Origin: Halieaceae bacterium
GTDB lineage: Bacteria > Pseudomonadota > Gammaproteobacteria > Pseudomonadales > Halieaceae
NCBI GenBank assembly: GCA_011524755.1
Contig: WTJR01000115.1
Location: forward strand, 1-42,386
Reading direction: 5' to 3'
DNA length: 42,386 nt
Part shown: one piece after another, positions 11,650 through 23,006 of the stretch
How positions within the stretch are numbered: the first letter of the stretch is position 1
Layout: each line of letters starts with the position of its first letter
The notes under the pieces: model-generated
Told to the model about the DNA's origin: nothing
The model's input: only the letters and a program-made list of their open reading frames with translations
Databases searched by the model: none
Translations under genes and position numbers: made by a program

Positions 11650-12069
11650 CTACCGGGTGTGTGTCTCGTGAGAGTGCGTTACCTCGACACCACCCGTCGC
11701 CAACATGATCGAAGCAGAGCAGTATTTTTCCGCTGACAGTTGTACAGCACGTGCTACCTGATTGTCCTTAAGACCTTCACCCTCGACAACAAAGTGTAAA
11801 TTGATAGCAGTGAACACCGCGGGCACACCATCCGATCGTTCAGCCTGAAGTTCAACTCGACAGTTTGAAATCGCTTGCCGAGACTTTTTGAGCATAGTGA
11901 TGACGTCGAAAAGTGCACAACCACCCGTTCCGAGCAGCAGCATCTCCATCGGACGCAAACCATGATTTTTGCCTCCGAGCTCCGGCGGGCCATCCATCAC
12001 AACACTGTGTCCCGAACCCGACTCGGCGAGCGTCATGACGCCATCTACCCATTTCACTGTCCCGTGCAT
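11650..12069 (-). CDS. OsmC family protein (YhfA-like)
   Basis: SGSGHSVVMDG, RPMEMLLLGTGGC, SAEKYCSAS. Divergent from crp, as yhfA is; ATG 12069. Confidence 0.9.
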   Translation of the reverse strand: MHGTVKWVDGVMTLAESGSGHSVVMDGPPELGGKNHGLRPMEMLLLGTGGCALFDVITMLKKSRQAISNCRVELQAERSDGVPAVFTAINLHFVVEGEGLKDNQVARAVQLSAEKYCSASIMLATGGVEVTHSHETHTR

Positions 12070-12151
12070 ACCAATCTTCTCGATCAAACCAATGGAAACT
12101 CTCGGTGCGGCAATGTGTGGCACCCAGCCGCGCGGCCCGCTATGCTACTGT

Positions 12152-12173
12152 AAGTGTGCGATAAATCACATAA
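12152..12173. promoter_or_regulatory. CRP/Vfr binding site (probable autoregulation of crp)
   Basis: aag-TGTGC-gataaa-TCACA-taa matches TGTGA-N6-TCACA at 9/10 positions. It lies between a -10-like TATGCT (12141-12146) and the crp ATG (12185). Confidence 0.65.
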
Positions 12174-12184
12174 CGGCGGTCCCG

Positions 12185-12850
12185 ATGAACTACCTAGTGA
12201 GTAAGCGTATTCCCAATGCCGAGGCGTTCCTCGTGCATTGCGAGCGACTCTCGATGAAATCGAAGTCGGTCGTATTCCGTCAGGGTGAACCCAGTGAGGA
12301 CCTCTACCTCATTCTGGATGGTTCGGTGTCTGTGATCGTTGACGATATCGAAGACCCAGAGCAAGAAATGGTGGTGAGCTATCTCAACCCGGGTGAGTTC
12401 TTTGGTGAGATGGGGCTATTTGGCGAAGAGCACCGTACGGCTAACCTTGTCACCCGCACACCGTGCTAGTTTGGTCGCATCAGTTATCAAGACTTCCACG
12501 CGATTCGTCAGCAGTTCCCGGACGTACTGTATGCGCTGACAACCCAAATTGGGCAACGCCTAAAGAATACGACCCGCAAGCTTGCTGACCTGACGTTTAT
12601 CGACGTCTATGGGCGTATTCACCGATCGCTCATTCAGCTCACCACATTACCCGAGGCCATGACCCACCCTGATGGGATGCAAATTCGCGTGACACGGCAA
12701 GAGCTAGGAAAACTGGTGGGCTGTTCTCGCGAGATGGCAGGAAGAGTACTAAAAATGCTCGAGGGCGACGGCTACATCACCGTAGCGGGAAAAACGATCG
12801 TCGTTCTTCGAGAGCCCGCCAACAGCACTGCTAGCAAAATCAACCAGTAG
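12185..12850 (+). pseudogene. crp: cAMP receptor protein CRP/Vfr with an in-frame TAG at 12467-12469 (nonsense mutation, sequence error or readthrough)
   Basis: ORFs 11969..12469 and 12659..12850 share one frame. Reading through the TAG gives 221 codons: GEFFGEMGLF, HRTA, RTPC*FGRISY, KNTTRKLADLTFIDVYGRI, MTHPDGMQIRVTRQELGKLVGCSREMAGRVLKMLE. The osmC/trpC context is that of crp/vfr. Confidence 0.88.
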
Positions 12851-13652
12851 CGTCACTCACCATGGCGGATAGTGCGTCTCCGGGTGAGGGCTGACGCATA
12901 AACGACTCGCCAATCAAAAACGTTGAAACACCGTGATCTAGCATCAGCTTCATATCGGCCGCTGTGTGCAGCCCACTTTCGGTTACAACAGTAACACCTG
13001 CAGGGACATCTGATAATAGATCGAGCGTGGTCTGGAGGCTGGTATCAAACGTGTGTAAATCGCGATTGTTGATACCAACCAGATCAAGATCGAGCGCCAA
13101 CGCCCTCTCGAGCTCCACACGATCGTGGACCTCCACTAACACGTCCAGTTGTGCCTCGCGCGCCTCGGCGTAAAGATCCGCCAATTGCGCGTCGTCCAAG
13201 CAGGCAACTATCAGCAAAATAGCATCCGCGCCCAGCGCACGGGACTCCCAAATCTGATAGGGGTCCAAAGTAAAATCTTTGCGGATCGCAGGCAGCTGAC
13301 AAGCGGCTCGTGCTGACTTCAAATAGTCGTCAGCACCTTGGAAAAAATCGATGTCAGTGAGTACTGACAAACATGCGGCTCCGCCATTTTCATAGCTTTT
13401 AGCGATCTCAGCTGGATCAAAATCCTCGCGGATCACACCCTTGCTTGGACTCGCTTTCTTCACCTCTGCGATAACTGCCGGATGACCCGCGTTGGCTCGG
13501 GCCCGGAGTGCCTCAATAAACCCACGTGGCGCTGGCTGAGCGAGTGCTTGCTCTTTCACTGCGTCCAGCGTTCGGAGGGTCTTCCGCTCCCGAATTTCCT
13601 CGAGCTTGCGGTCGCAAATTCGGCGCAGAACCGTTGGCGTATCGCTCAACAT
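12840..13652 (-). CDS. trpC: Indole-3-glycerol phosphate synthase
   Basis: [42 protein letters not shown]. Confidence 0.97.
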   Translation of the reverse strand: MLSDTPTVLRRICDRKLEEIRERKTLRTLDAVKEQALAQPAPRGFIEALRARANAGHPAVIAEVKKASPSKGVIREDFDPAEIAKSYENGGAACLSVLTDIDFFQGADDYLKSARAACQLPAIRKDFTLDPYQIWESRALGADAILLIVACLDDAQLADLYAEAREAQLDVLVEVHDRVELERALALDLDLVGINNRDLHTFDTSLQTTLDLLSDVPAGVTVVTESGLHTAADMKLMLDHGVSTFLIGESFMRQPSPGDALSAMVSDATG

Positions 13653-14689
13653 TAGGCGCCTCCAGCGGCTTGAGTTAGCTCAGCAAATGCCTCGAGGGTT
13701 TGCAGTGCCTTACCCGAACGCATGGCGTCCATCGCCAACTCAATGCCGGCCTCGAGAGAATGGGCTTGACCACCAACATAGAGGCCTGCACCAGCATTCA
13801 TGGCAATGATCGAGCGGGCTTTCGCTGATCGATCAGACGTATCGCCACCCAACGCTGCGCGGATCAGGGCAGCTGATTCGTCGGCATCTTCAACACACAA
13901 GTCAGCCACTGAATCATGCGCATGCCCGAAGGTTGCTGGGTCAATTTCGTAGTGTGTCAGCTCGCCATTAGCAAGCTCACAGACCTTGGTCTTTGCCGAC
14001 ACAGAAATCTCATCCAAACCATCAAGTCCATGAACCACCATCACGTGTTCACTCCCCAAATCGCGCAGGGCAGAGGCCATCACATCACATAAGGCGGGCG
14101 AGAATACGCCGAGCACCTGTCGTCGTGCACCGGCGGGATTAGTCAGCGGACCTAGGACATTGAATATGGTTCGCATCGCCAGTTGTTGTCGCGGACCAAT
14201 AGCGTGCTTCATTGCACTGTGATGCATGGGGGCGAACATAAAGCCAACGCCAATCGACGCAATAGAGTCCGCGATCGCAGCAGGGCTTACAGAGAGATCA
14301 ACACCCAGCGCGGATAGCACATCAGAGGAGCCCGATGAACTCGAGACCGAACGGTTACCGTGCTTGGCGATTCGACCACCTGCACCTGCCACGACGAAGG
14401 TAGCCGCCGTCGATACGTTAAATAGGTTCGCACCATCGCCACCTGTGCCCGCCAGATCGATCAAGCCATCGGTATCGATATCGACAGGCGTCGCAAGCGA
14501 TCGCATCACGCTAGCGGCACCCACGATTTCATCAATGGTCTCGCCCTTCATACGTAGACCCACCAGAAGGCCTCCGATTTGAGCCTCAGTCGCTTCCCCC
14601 TGCATGACAGTGCGCATAACGGTCTCCATGTCAGCGCGTGACAGGGACTGTCCGGCTACAACCTGCGCGATGGCTGCTTGAATATTCAT
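13652..14689 (-). CDS. trpD: Anthranilate phosphoribosyltransferase
   Basis: [50 protein letters not shown]; TAATG overlap with trpC. Confidence 0.97.
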   Translation of the reverse strand: MNIQAAIAQVVAGQSLSRADMETVMRTVMQGEATEAQIGGLLVGLRMKGETIDEIVGAASVMRSLATPVDIDTDGLIDLAGTGGDGANLFNVSTAATFVVAGAGGRIAKHGNRSVSSSSGSSDVLSALGVDLSVSPAAIADSIASIGVGFMFAPMHHSAMKHAIGPRQQLAMRTIFNVLGPLTNPAGARRQVLGVFSPALCDVMASALRDLGSEHVMVVHGLDGLDEISVSAKTKVCELANGELTHYEIDPATFGHAHDSVADLCVEDADESAALIRAALGGDTSDRSAKARSIIAMNAGAGLYVGGQAHSLEAGIELAMDAMRSGKALQTLEAFAELTQAAGGA

Positions 14690-14698
14690 TGCATTACC

Positions 14699-15295
14699 TC
14701 AGCTGGCTTGCTTCAGGAAGTTTTGCAGCATGGCGTGACCATGCTCCGTCAGAATCGACTCGGGGTGAAACTGCACACCCTCAACGCTGAGCTCGCGGTG
14801 GCGAAGACCCATGATCACATCGAGTTCACCAGCGTCGTCTACTGTCCAGGCTGTTATCTCCAGGCAATCCGGCAGCGTCGCAGGATCAACCACAAGCGAG
14901 TGATATCGCGTCGCCGTAAAGGGCGATGGCAGCCCATCGAAAACACCCGTGCCATTGTGGTGAACATCGCTTGTTTTACCATGCATGACCTCGGGCGCCC
15001 TGACTATGTCGCCACCGTAGGCAGCGCCAATGCTTTGCATGCCTAAGCAGATACCAAAAATAGGGATCTCACCGGCGAATCGCTCGATCGACGCGATGGA
15101 AACGCCCGCTTCGGTTGGCGAGCAGGGTCCGGGAGAGACACAGAGCAGCGCAGGCGCTGCCGAGGCAATCTCATCCGTCGTAATTTCATCATTACGATGT
15201 ACGGCAACATCTGCCCCGAGTTCCCACAGATATTGAACAACATTCCAAGTGAAGGAATCGTAGTTGTCGATCATTAAAACGTTAGGAGCAGTCAT
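14699..15295 (-). CDS. trpG: Anthranilate synthase component II (glutamine amidotransferase)
   Basis: [35 protein letters not shown]; lies between trpE and trpD. Confidence 0.93.
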   Translation of the reverse strand: MTAPNVLMIDNYDSFTWNVVQYLWELGADVAVHRNDEITTDEIASAAPALLCVSPGPCSPTEAGVSIASIERFAGEIPIFGICLGMQSIGAAYGGDIVRAPEVMHGKTSDVHHNGTGVFDGLPSPFTATRYHSLVVDPATLPDCLEITAWTVDDAGELDVIMGLRHRELSVEGVQFHPESILTEHGHAMLQNFLKQAS

Positions 15296-15299
15296 CTAA

Positions 15300-16790
15300 T
15301 CAACTCGCCTCTACCATGGCTGCAGCTCGCAGGACCGCTCTGGCCTTGTTGAGCGTCTCTTCCCACTCGGATGCAGGTACCGAGTCGGCAACGACACCAG
15401 CGCCGGCTTGTACCACCAGGGTGTTGTCTTTCACCACGGCCGTTCGTATTGCGATCGCCGTGTCCATATCGCCGGACCAAGTCAGATAACCCACAGCACC
15501 GCCGTATACACCGCGCTTTACGGGCTCGAGTTCATCAATAATTTCCATTGCGCGAATCTTGGGTGCCCCGCTCAGCGTTCCCGCAGGCAAAGTCGCTCTC
15601 AACGAGTCAATGGCCGTTACATCATCGCGAGACTCACCGGTCACGTTCGATACGATGTGCATCACATGCGAATACTTCTCTATGACCATCTTATCGGTTA
15701 ACTCGACGCTACCGGGTGTTGCAACGCGACCCACATCATTGCGCCCAAGATCGATCAGCATCAGATGCTCAGCACGCTCTTTTTCGTCGCCGAGCAGTTT
15801 GTCCGCGAGTGCGGCATCCTCTGCTTCCGTCGCGCCGCGTCGAATCGTGCCTGCGATGGGGCGCACGGTAATTTGACCGCGTTCCGCGCGGACCAGAATC
15901 TCGGGTGAACTCCCAACGACATGAAAATCATCAAGATCGAGAAAGAACAGATAAGGAGAGGGGTTTAAATGACGCAATGCGCGGTAGAGATTTAGCGGCT
16001 CTGCCTCAAAAGGCAAGGTCATTCGCTGCGAGATGACAACCTGCATGACGTCGCCATCCAAAATGTAGTCTTTTACTCGCGCAACCCAAGACTCAAAGGT
16101 CGCTTGATCGGTCTCAAACGTCACTCTTGATTCGATGTCGGCTGTGTCTGTGGCCCCTAACTCAAAACGCGGCAACGATGGCATCGGCTCGGACAGGCGT
16201 GCTTCAAGCTCCGACAAGCGATGGTTAGATCGCTCGAGGGCGCCTTCCTGCGTCGTATCCGCGCTGACGATCAAGGTCAACGTGCCCCGCAAGTTGTCAA
16301 AAACAACCACTTCCTCAGCAAGCATCAGCAGAATATCAGGGGTATTAAGCGTGTCCCGATTTGCCGTCTGTGCCAACTTTGGCTCGACGTACCGAACCGT
16401 GTCATACGAAAAGTAACCAACCCATCCACCATGGAACACGGGGAGTGAATCAAGCGGCGCGCTGTTGGTTGACTCGTGAAGTCGTTCGACTTCAGCGAGC
16501 GGATCTTCGACCTCGTAACGCTCGACAAGTTGAGCTTCCTTATAGCGGGAGATCTGTTTGCCCGATACGACAAATCGCTCTCGCGACGAGAGCCCCACAA
16601 TAGAGTAGCGACTCCATTTCTCGCCGCCCTCTACTGACTCGAAGAGAAAGGAATAAGGTCGATCACAGAGTTTGGTATACGTCGACAACGGTGTCTCAGT
16701 ATCAGCCAGCAAGGTTCTCGTCACAGGAATGCGCGAGTAACCCTCAGCCGCTAGGGCATCAAACGCTGTTTTACTCAGGGTTTGGGTCAT
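15300..16790 (-). CDS. trpE: Anthranilate synthase component I
   Basis: [67 protein letters not shown]. Confidence 0.97.
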   Translation of the reverse strand: MTQTLSKTAFDALAAEGYSRIPVTRTLLADTETPLSTYTKLCDRPYSFLFESVEGGEKWSRYSIVGLSSRERFVVSGKQISRYKEAQLVERYEVEDPLAEVERLHESTNSAPLDSLPVFHGGWVGYFSYDTVRYVEPKLAQTANRDTLNTPDILLMLAEEVVVFDNLRGTLTLIVSADTTQEGALERSNHRLSELEARLSEPMPSLPRFELGATDTADIESRVTFETDQATFESWVARVKDYILDGDVMQVVISQRMTLPFEAEPLNLYRALRHLNPSPYLFFLDLDDFHVVGSSPEILVRAERGQITVRPIAGTIRRGATEAEDAALADKLLGDEKERAEHLMLIDLGRNDVGRVATPGSVELTDKMVIEKYSHVMHIVSNVTGESRDDVTAIDSLRATLPAGTLSGAPKIRAMEIIDELEPVKRGVYGGAVGYLTWSGDMDTAIAIRTAVVKDNTLVVQAGAGVVADSVPASEWEETLNKARAVLRAAAMVEAS

Positions 16791-17458
16791 TTGACCTTGG
16801 CCAACTCGTCGCGCATCGACTGGATAACCGCCGCATAATCGGGCTTACCGAAAATAGCAGAGCCTGCGACAAAGGTATCGGCGCCAGCTTCAGCAACCGC
16901 CGCAATATTAGCCGGGCCCACACCACCATCGACCTCAAGGCGAATATCTAGACCTGAATCGTCGATAAGCGCGCGCGCCTCGCGCAACTTGTCGAGCGTC
17001 GATGGAATAAACGATTGGCCGCCGAAGCCGGGATTAACTGACATCAACAAAATCATGTCGACCTTATCGAGTACATATTTGAGCGCGTCGAGATTCGAGG
17101 CTGGATTAAATACCAAGCCGGACTTGCAACCTGCATTGCGAATGAGCTGCAAGGTCCGATCAACATGGGTCGACGCGTCAGGATGAAAGGTGATGTAAGA
17201 AGCACCCGCATCGGCAAACATGCCTACCAATGCATCTACTGGCTGCACCATCAAATGAACGTCAATCGGCGCTGAAATACCGTAATCTCGGAGCGCGCTA
17301 CAAACCATGGGTCCAATGGTTAAATTGGGGACGTAGTGATTGTCCATGACGTCAAAATGAACAATATCTGCGCCTGCATCCAAGACTGCTTCAACGTCTT
17401 GCCCCAAGCGCGCAAAATCTGCCGCAAGGATTGACGGAGCAATTAAGTAATCACGCAT
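16787..17458 (-). CDS. rpe: Ribulose-phosphate 3-epimerase
   Basis: [49 protein letters not shown]. Alternative start at 17470. Confidence 0.96.
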   Translation of the reverse strand: MRDYLIAPSILAADFARLGQDVEAVLDAGADIVHFDVMDNHYVPNLTIGPMVCSALRDYGISAPIDVHLMVQPVDALVGMFADAGASYITFHPDASTHVDRTLQLIRNAGCKSGLVFNPASNLDALKYVLDKVDMILLMSVNPGFGGQSFIPSTLDKLREARALIDDSGLDIRLEVDGGVGPANIAAVAEAGADTFVAGSAIFGKPDYAAVIQSMRDELAKVK

Positions 17459-17526
17459 GAGAAGTTCCATCGGTATAAAAGTGCGTAGTGTAAAGCGGGA
17501 CGGCCCAAGCCACCAGCCAAGCCCCC

Positions 17527-18204
17527 CTATCGAGCGTTACTACTCAGCCTAAACTCGAGCTCCGATAAACGCTGCGGTGTTCCCACATCTGACCAAACCC
17601 CCGACCACAACTCACCCGATACCTGCCCGGATGCAATCGCACGATCAAACAGCGGGCGAAGTGGCGCAAAGTCTTGCTCCAGATCATCAAAGAGCCTATG
17701 ACTCATGACCGACAATCCAGAAAAGGTTGCCTTGTCAGACTCACCCGTACCGACACGCGCGTCACTGACAGCAAAGTCACCGCTTGGATGATGTTCAGGA
17801 TTGGGAACCATGACCAGATGCGCCATGTCGTCGCCCAGTTCCACTTCTGTTAGACGGGCAAGCGGGTAGTCGGTAAAGACATCGCCGTTCACGACCGCAA
17901 ACGACTCTTCCTTAAGTAGCGGTAAGGCCTTCCGAATACCCCCTGCAGTTTCTAGGGGCGTCTCCTCAAGCGAGAGATGAATACGGCAGCCCCATTGCTG
18001 ACCATCACCACAAAAAGCAACCACCTGATCGGAGAGGTATGAGGCGTTGATCACCAAGTCGGTAAACCCAGCACTGACCAAACCCTCAATGTGGCGCTCC
18101 AACAATGTTTTGCCCGCCACTTGAATAAGTGGTTTCGGCATGTTGTTGGTCACAGGACGCATACGCCGCCCCTCGCCTGCCGCAAGAATCATCGCGAATT
18201 TCAT
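17527..18204 (-). CDS. murU: N-acetylmuramate alpha-1-phosphate uridylyltransferase
   Basis: [45 protein letters not shown]; coupled to amgK. Confidence 0.85.
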   Translation of the reverse strand: MKFAMILAAGEGRRMRPVTNNMPKPLIQVAGKTLLERHIEGLVSAGFTDLVINASYLSDQVVAFCGDGQQWGCRIHLSLEETPLETAGGIRKALPLLKEESFAVVNGDVFTDYPLARLTEVELGDDMAHLVMVPNPEHHPSGDFAVSDARVGTGESDKATFSGLSVMSHRLFDDLEQDFAPLRPLFDRAIASGQVSGELWSGVWSDVGTPQRLSELEFRLSSNAR

Positions 18205-19229
18205 GACGGGCTATACCAATCTTGGCGCTCTACTGTGGGGATGACCGAGTCTTCAAACCAGTCCCAGAAAACACCGATACCTGGGTAAGTGTCGCGATAT
18301 AGATGACAGGCCTCTCGAATGTAGGCGATCACCACAGGGATATCTCTCATATAGCTGGGTTTGTCGTCCCTCAACCAAAGGCGCGAAAAGACACCCAAGA
18401 TTTTCACATGACGCTGCAAACCGATGAGGTCAAACCACACAATAAACTGCGGCCAGGAGCCCTCATCCAGCTGACCCTCGCGTACCAAGCGCTTCCAATA
18501 ATACTCAAGCCAAACTAACTGTTTTTCACGTGGCCAAACCACATAGACATCTTTAAGCAGCGATACGGCGTCATAAGCCACCGGGCCCATGATGGCGTCC
18601 TGAAAATCAATGACGGCTAATGGCGCATCTCCCGCTGACACCATCAGGTTTCGACTGTGATAATCCCGGTGCACCAACCCTTGAGGCTGATGACGCGCAG
18701 CGTCGATGACGCAGGCACTCAGCTCCGCAAAAACCGAGAGCGCATTCTTTTCGGAGGGCAAGCTCAGCGCCTTGGAAAAAAACCACTCTGGGCAGACATC
18801 CAGCTCGCGCTGAAGCTCCTTTTGATCGTAATGCGGGAGCTCTGACTCCACCGCACGAATGGCGCGAATCACCGCCAAGGTATCCAGAGCCTCTTTGTAC
18901 AGCGCATCTACATCATTCTGCTCTAAGGCCAGGGAAAAGGTGGTGTCACCCAAGTCCTCTAGTAAAAAGTAGCCTAAGGCCAGATTAGCCCGGGGCATGG
19001 ATGGTACCCGCACTCCAGCGCCCTCTAGGGTGCGCTGTATCAGCACGAATCGCTCATTGTTCTCGCTTGGCGGTGACACCATCAGCACCCGAGAGCCAGA
19101 AGCAGGGCCGGAGACCCGATAGAATTTTCGAGGGCTCGCATCGCCGGCAATAAGCTGCAATGCCACATCCGTCGCATCACACTTTAGTATCTCTGCCAGC
19201 CAACTGCGTTGTGCTTGCCCGTCTGACAC
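18201..19229 (-). CDS. amgK: MurNAc/GlcNAc anomeric kinase (aminoglycoside phosphotransferase fold)
   Basis: GTG 19229 follows an AAAGGAG RBS. GDASPRKFYR, LEDLG, HRDYHSRNLM, IDFQDA, GLQRHVKILGVFSRL..RD; divergent from lptD. Confidence 0.85.
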   Translation of the reverse strand: MSDGQAQRSWLAEILKCDATDVALQLIAGDASPRKFYRVSGPASGSRVLMVSPPSENNERFVLIQRTLEGAGVRVPSMPRANLALGYFLLEDLGDTTFSLALEQNDVDALYKEALDTLAVIRAIRAVESELPHYDQKELQRELDVCPEWFFSKALSLPSEKNALSVFAELSACVIDAARHQPQGLVHRDYHSRNLMVSAGDAPLAVIDFQDAIMGPVAYDAVSLLKDVYVVWPREKQLVWLEYYWKRLVREGQLDEGSWPQFIVWFDLIGLQRHVKILGVFSRLWLRDDKPSYMRDIPVVIAYIREACHLYRDTYPGIGVFWDWFEDSVIPTVERQDWYSPS

Positions 19230-19392
19230 CTCAGCTTCTCCTTTATAGGCTGATAAACCCGCAGCATTGCCAAAAAAACCCGGGAACAACCAAGCCTTCA
19301 GCGCGTTACACTGTCGGAGACCATAATAACCTGAACCTTGCGCTGAAACGCTTGTGTACGAGCTTTTGAACTCCAAAAATCTTTCCGGACTG

Positions 19393-21732
19393 ATGCAACG
19401 AATTATTGGTGCAGCGCTTCTAGTTATATCAGTGTTACCGCTGGCTCATGCCAACGATGCGATTGAGGAAGAGCGGATTCAGGCTAGGCTCAACTGGGTA
19501 CCGCTTGCCCAGGTAAAGCCAGAGGATCGCGATGACCGCTGCTTGAAGTGTCGAGGCCAATACCAGGACCCGTTGGCCAATGTTGATCGCTCAACACCAC
19601 CAAACCAATTAGATCTCGAAGTGAGTGCCGGCGATAGCGATATCACGGACGACACCTTGTATTTCTCAGATGACGTCACCGTGTCCCAGGGCTATCGAAC
19701 CCTTAAAGCGCAAGAGGTCACCATAGACCGAGTCGAGCAAACAGTGTCTGCTCAAGGCCCCATCGAAGTTCGCGAGCCTGGGATCGTCATGTATGGCGAT
19801 CAGATTTCCTACGACAGCGTGAGCGAACGCGCATCGCTTAGCGACGCCGAATTTGTCATGTTCGATCAGCAGCTTTACGGCATTGCTGAGAGCGTGACAC
19901 GCGATGCCAATGGGTCACTTGAAATTGAAGACGGTCAGCTCACTTTCTGTGCACCCACAGATCCGAGCTGGCTAGTCACAGCCGAAACATTAAATGTCGA
20001 CCCTAATACCAATACCGGTGAAGCCTGGGGCGCACGTATTGATATAAAAGGTGTTCCTGTCGCCTATTTACCATGGGTGCAGTTTCCGCTGAACGATCGC
20101 CGCAAAACCGGCCTACTCTTTCCGGATATCAGCAGCGATACGCGAGGCGGTCTCGATATAACGGTTCCGGTGTATATGAACCTGGCACCAAACTACGACG
20201 CCACCTACTCACCCCGCCTTATCCAGGACCGCGGCCTCGTGCATCAGCTCAACACGCGATTCTTGGGCAGACAAACCGGCTTTTGGGATGTCTCGGGCAC
20301 CTATTTACAGGATGACGACCTCGATGTGTCGGGTAGGGACAATAACCGCTGGCTTATCAACGTGCTGCAATCAAGCGACCCGTCGGCTCGGCTGCGTACG
20401 TCCATCGACTTCTCAAAGGTGAGCGATAATGAATACCTTAGAGACCTTGAAAACAACACCCTCAGCGCGCAGCGACAAACGGCGCTTCTGCAGAGGGCAA
20501 GGGTGGACTGGCTCGCAGACAATTGGCTTTTTGGTTTGGAAGCTCAGCAGTTCCAGAGTATCGCGGAAGATCTAACTGACAATTACAAGCGGCTACCCCA
20601 GGTCAGCGCGGTCTGGCGGGGCGACGCTAAATTGGGTCCGCTCGAACCACTCCTGAAACTGCAGGCTGCTAACTTCGATACCGACCTCGATAAGGCGAAG
20701 GGTCAACGGGTTTACCAGGAGCTGGGGGTTAATTTACCCATCACCCGCGACTACGGATTCTTAAATACCAGCTTGATGCACAGAAGCATCCAATATCGCC
20801 TGAAAACGCCTAGCACCGGTGAGACGCGGAATGAATCAGTATCCTCATGGCTGGGAAGAATCGAGGGCGGGTTGGAGTTCGAGCGAGATACCGAGCTCTT
20901 TGGTTTGTCGTTCACACAAACACTCGAACCGCGCGTTCAATATCTTTATGCCGGGTACGATGATCATGCGGGCATTCCCGATTTTGATAGTGCAGAGCTA
21001 ACCTTCAGCTACCGGCAGCTGTTCCGAAATACGCGCTTCTCGGGCTACGACCGACTAGCGGATGCTAACCAGCTCTCGCTTGGTGTCACCTCACGACTGA
21101 TTGATACCGCGACGGGTAAAGAACGCGTGTCAGCAAGTTTTGGTCAGGTGATCAACTTTAAAGACCAACGCGTGCGGTTGAAGGAGAGCGACGCTGCCCT
21201 GACCGATGAAGGCTCAGCGCTCGCCTTTGCTCTCAACGTGCGAACCAGTGAGCGCTGGAGCATTCATAGCAACCTCCTATTCGACAGCTATGAGGACAAA
21301 CTCGACGCAGCCAATGTCCGTGTTGGATTCAGGCCGAACGAGGATGCCATTGTGAATGTCGGCTACACATTGCGAGAGCCACCCGCGTCGTTTGCTGCCA
21401 GACCTGTTACCGAACAAGTGAATACATCGGCCTATATCCCCATCAATGACAACTGGAGTGCTTTTGGCGCCCTGCGGTACTCGCTTGAGATCGACAGTAG
21501 CGTAGAAGATATGATCGGTGTCGAGTACGATGGCTGCTGTTGGCGCGTGAGGTTGATTTATATGAGTTACCTCGACACGCTTCGGGACGTCGATGTGTTC
21601 TTACCAGAGCCGGAACTTACACGGGATCGAGCGTTCCAATTTCAGTTCGTTTTAAAGGGATTAGGCGGCTTCGGAAATCGAGTTGATAATCTCATGCAGG
21701 ATATGATCAGAGGATTTAATGCTAAACGCTAA
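19393..21732 (+). CDS. lptD: LPS assembly protein LptD
   Basis: Signal peptide from ATG 19393; RKTGLLFP, YMNLAPNYDAT, QTLEPRVQY, RFSGYDRLADANQ, YDGCCW, FQFVLKGLG; upstream of surA. Confidence 0.95.
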   Translation: MQRIIGAALLVISVLPLAHANDAIEEERIQARLNWVPLAQVKPEDRDDRCLKCRGQYQDPLANVDRSTPPNQLDLEVSAGDSDITDDTLYFSDDVTVSQGYRTLKAQEVTIDRVEQTVSAQGPIEVREPGIVMYGDQISYDSVSERASLSDAEFVMFDQQLYGIAESVTRDANGSLEIEDGQLTFCAPTDPSWLVTAETLNVDPNTNTGEAWGARIDIKGVPVAYLPWVQFPLNDRRKTGLLFPDISSDTRGGLDITVPVYMNLAPNYDATYSPRLIQDRGLVHQLNTRFLGRQTGFWDVSGTYLQDDDLDVSGRDNNRWLINVLQSSDPSARLRTSIDFSKVSDNEYLRDLENNTLSAQRQTALLQRARVDWLADNWLFGLEAQQFQSIAEDLTDNYKRLPQVSAVWRGDAKLGPLEPLLKLQAANFDTDLDKAKGQRVYQELGVNLPITRDYGFLNTSLMHRSIQYRLKTPSTGETRNESVSSWLGRIEGGLEFERDTELFGLSFTQTLEPRVQYLYAGYDDHAGIPDFDSAELTFSYRQLFRNTRFSGYDRLADANQLSLGVTSRLIDTATGKERVSASFGQVINFKDQRVRLKESDAALTDEGSALAFALNVRTSERWSIHSNLLFDSYEDKLDAANVRVGFRPNEDAIVNVGYTLREPPASFAARPVTEQVNTSAYIPINDNWSAFGALRYSLEIDSSVEDMIGVEYDGCCWRVRLIYMSYLDTLRDVDVFLPEPELTRDRAFQFQFVLKGLGGFGNRVDNLMQDMIRGFNAKR

Positions 21733-22993
21733 GCTCAAGGGGTGGCTTTTCGCTGCTCTTGCATCGTCAATCTCTTCGGTAGCATGGTCGCAGGTCGTCC
21801 AGCTCGATAGTGTCGTGGCCATCGTCGATGAAGACATTATTCTTGCGAGTGAGGTGCGCGAGCGAGTCGAGCAGGTAAAGGCGACCGCTGCCCAGCGCAA
21901 CATGACCCTGCCAGACGATGAAACCGTGGTGCAGGAAACGCTCGACCGGTTAATCCTAGAGAGCATCCAACTGCAATTGGCCGATCGCTACGGTGTTCGC
22001 GTGCCCGACGCGCAGCTCGATCAATCAATGGCGAGGATTGCTGCCCAAAACGGCCTCACCCTCGAGCAATTTCGGGATGCCCTGATTCAAAACGGTCAAA
22101 ATTACGTCGAGATGCGTGAAGGTCTCCGTGATGAACTCGCGATTCAGCGCGTGCAACAGGGCAGCGTGATGCGAGACATCAATATCACCGAGAAAGAAAT
22201 TGATAACTTCATGGCGACGGAGGAAGGCATTGCGCTGACTGAACCGGAATACCGCGTGGTACAGGCGTTGCTACCGATTCCTCGGTCCGATAGCGCTGAG
22301 CAGCGAACCGCAAAGGAAGATTACGTCGATGGGGTACTTGCCAACATTCTTGCCGGAGCTGACTTTTCCGAGGCAGTCAGTGTTCAAGAGCCCTACACCT
22401 TTCAAGGCGGTGACCTTGGTTGGCGAAAACTCAGTGACATTCCCAGTATGTTTGCTGACATTCTTCCTAGCCTTAAGGCTGGCGACACAGGAAAAGTTCA
22501 GTCGAACTCCGGGCTACACCTTGTTCACTTGGCCGAGGCCCGTGGCCTAGAGCGTCTCGTCGAGCAAACCAACGTCCGTCATATCCTCGTCACACCTAAT
22601 GAAGTATTGGATGACGAAGCGGCGCGTAGTTTTGTTCTTGGCCTCAAAGAGCGAGTCAATAGCGGAGAAGACTTTGCCGATCTCGCTAAAGAACATTCGG
22701 ACGACATCGGATCGGCGCAGGAAGGCGGTGAACTCGGATGGACCAATCCAGGTCAGATGGTTCCCGAATTTGAGGCTGCCATGGCAAGCGCCGAAATCGG
22801 CGTGGTGACAGAGCCGGTCCGTAGCGAGTTCGGATGGCATATCCTCGAGGTCACAGGACGTCGCACCGAGAATTTCGCTGAGCAAGTCAGGCGCAACCAG
22901 ATAGCAAACTACCTTCGTGAAGCGAAATACGAGGAAGAGCTGGAAAACTGGCTCAGAGAAATTCGCGACGAGGCGTTTGTCGACATCAAATAA
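21719..22993 (+). CDS. surA: Periplasmic chaperone/PPIase SurA
   Basis: LDSVVAIVDEDIIL, GGDLGWR, VRHIL, GGELGW, VRSEFGWHI, WLREIRDEAFV. Confidence 0.95.
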   Translation: MLNAKLKGWLFAALASSISSVAWSQVVQLDSVVAIVDEDIILASEVRERVEQVKATAAQRNMTLPDDETVVQETLDRLILESIQLQLADRYGVRVPDAQLDQSMARIAAQNGLTLEQFRDALIQNGQNYVEMREGLRDELAIQRVQQGSVMRDINITEKEIDNFMATEEGIALTEPEYRVVQALLPIPRSDSAEQRTAKEDYVDGVLANILAGADFSEAVSVQEPYTFQGGDLGWRKLSDIPSMFADILPSLKAGDTGKVQSNSGLHLVHLAEARGLERLVEQTNVRHILVTPNEVLDDEAARSFVLGLKERVNSGEDFADLAKEHSDDIGSAQEGGELGWTNPGQMVPEFEAAMASAEIGVVTEPVRSEFGWHILEVTGRRTENFAEQVRRNQIANYLREAKYEEELENWLREIRDEAFVDIK

Positions 22994-23006
22994 CGATGCA
23001 ATTGTT

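Noticed and set aside
12467-12560. Pyrrolysine or amber recoding in crp
   Set aside because: TAG is the true stop of DUF2333, coq7, osmC, murU, cca, folB, OYE and crp itself. There are no pyl genes or suppressor tRNA in the window, and the position normally encodes Glu.
12659-12850. Independent 63-aa HTH gene
   Set aside because: It is the C-terminus of crp (the conserved AMTHPDGMQI motif) and has no properly spaced RBS.
16787-16800. trp attenuator/leader peptide
   Set aside because: trpE overlaps the rpe stop (ATGA), so there is no leader.
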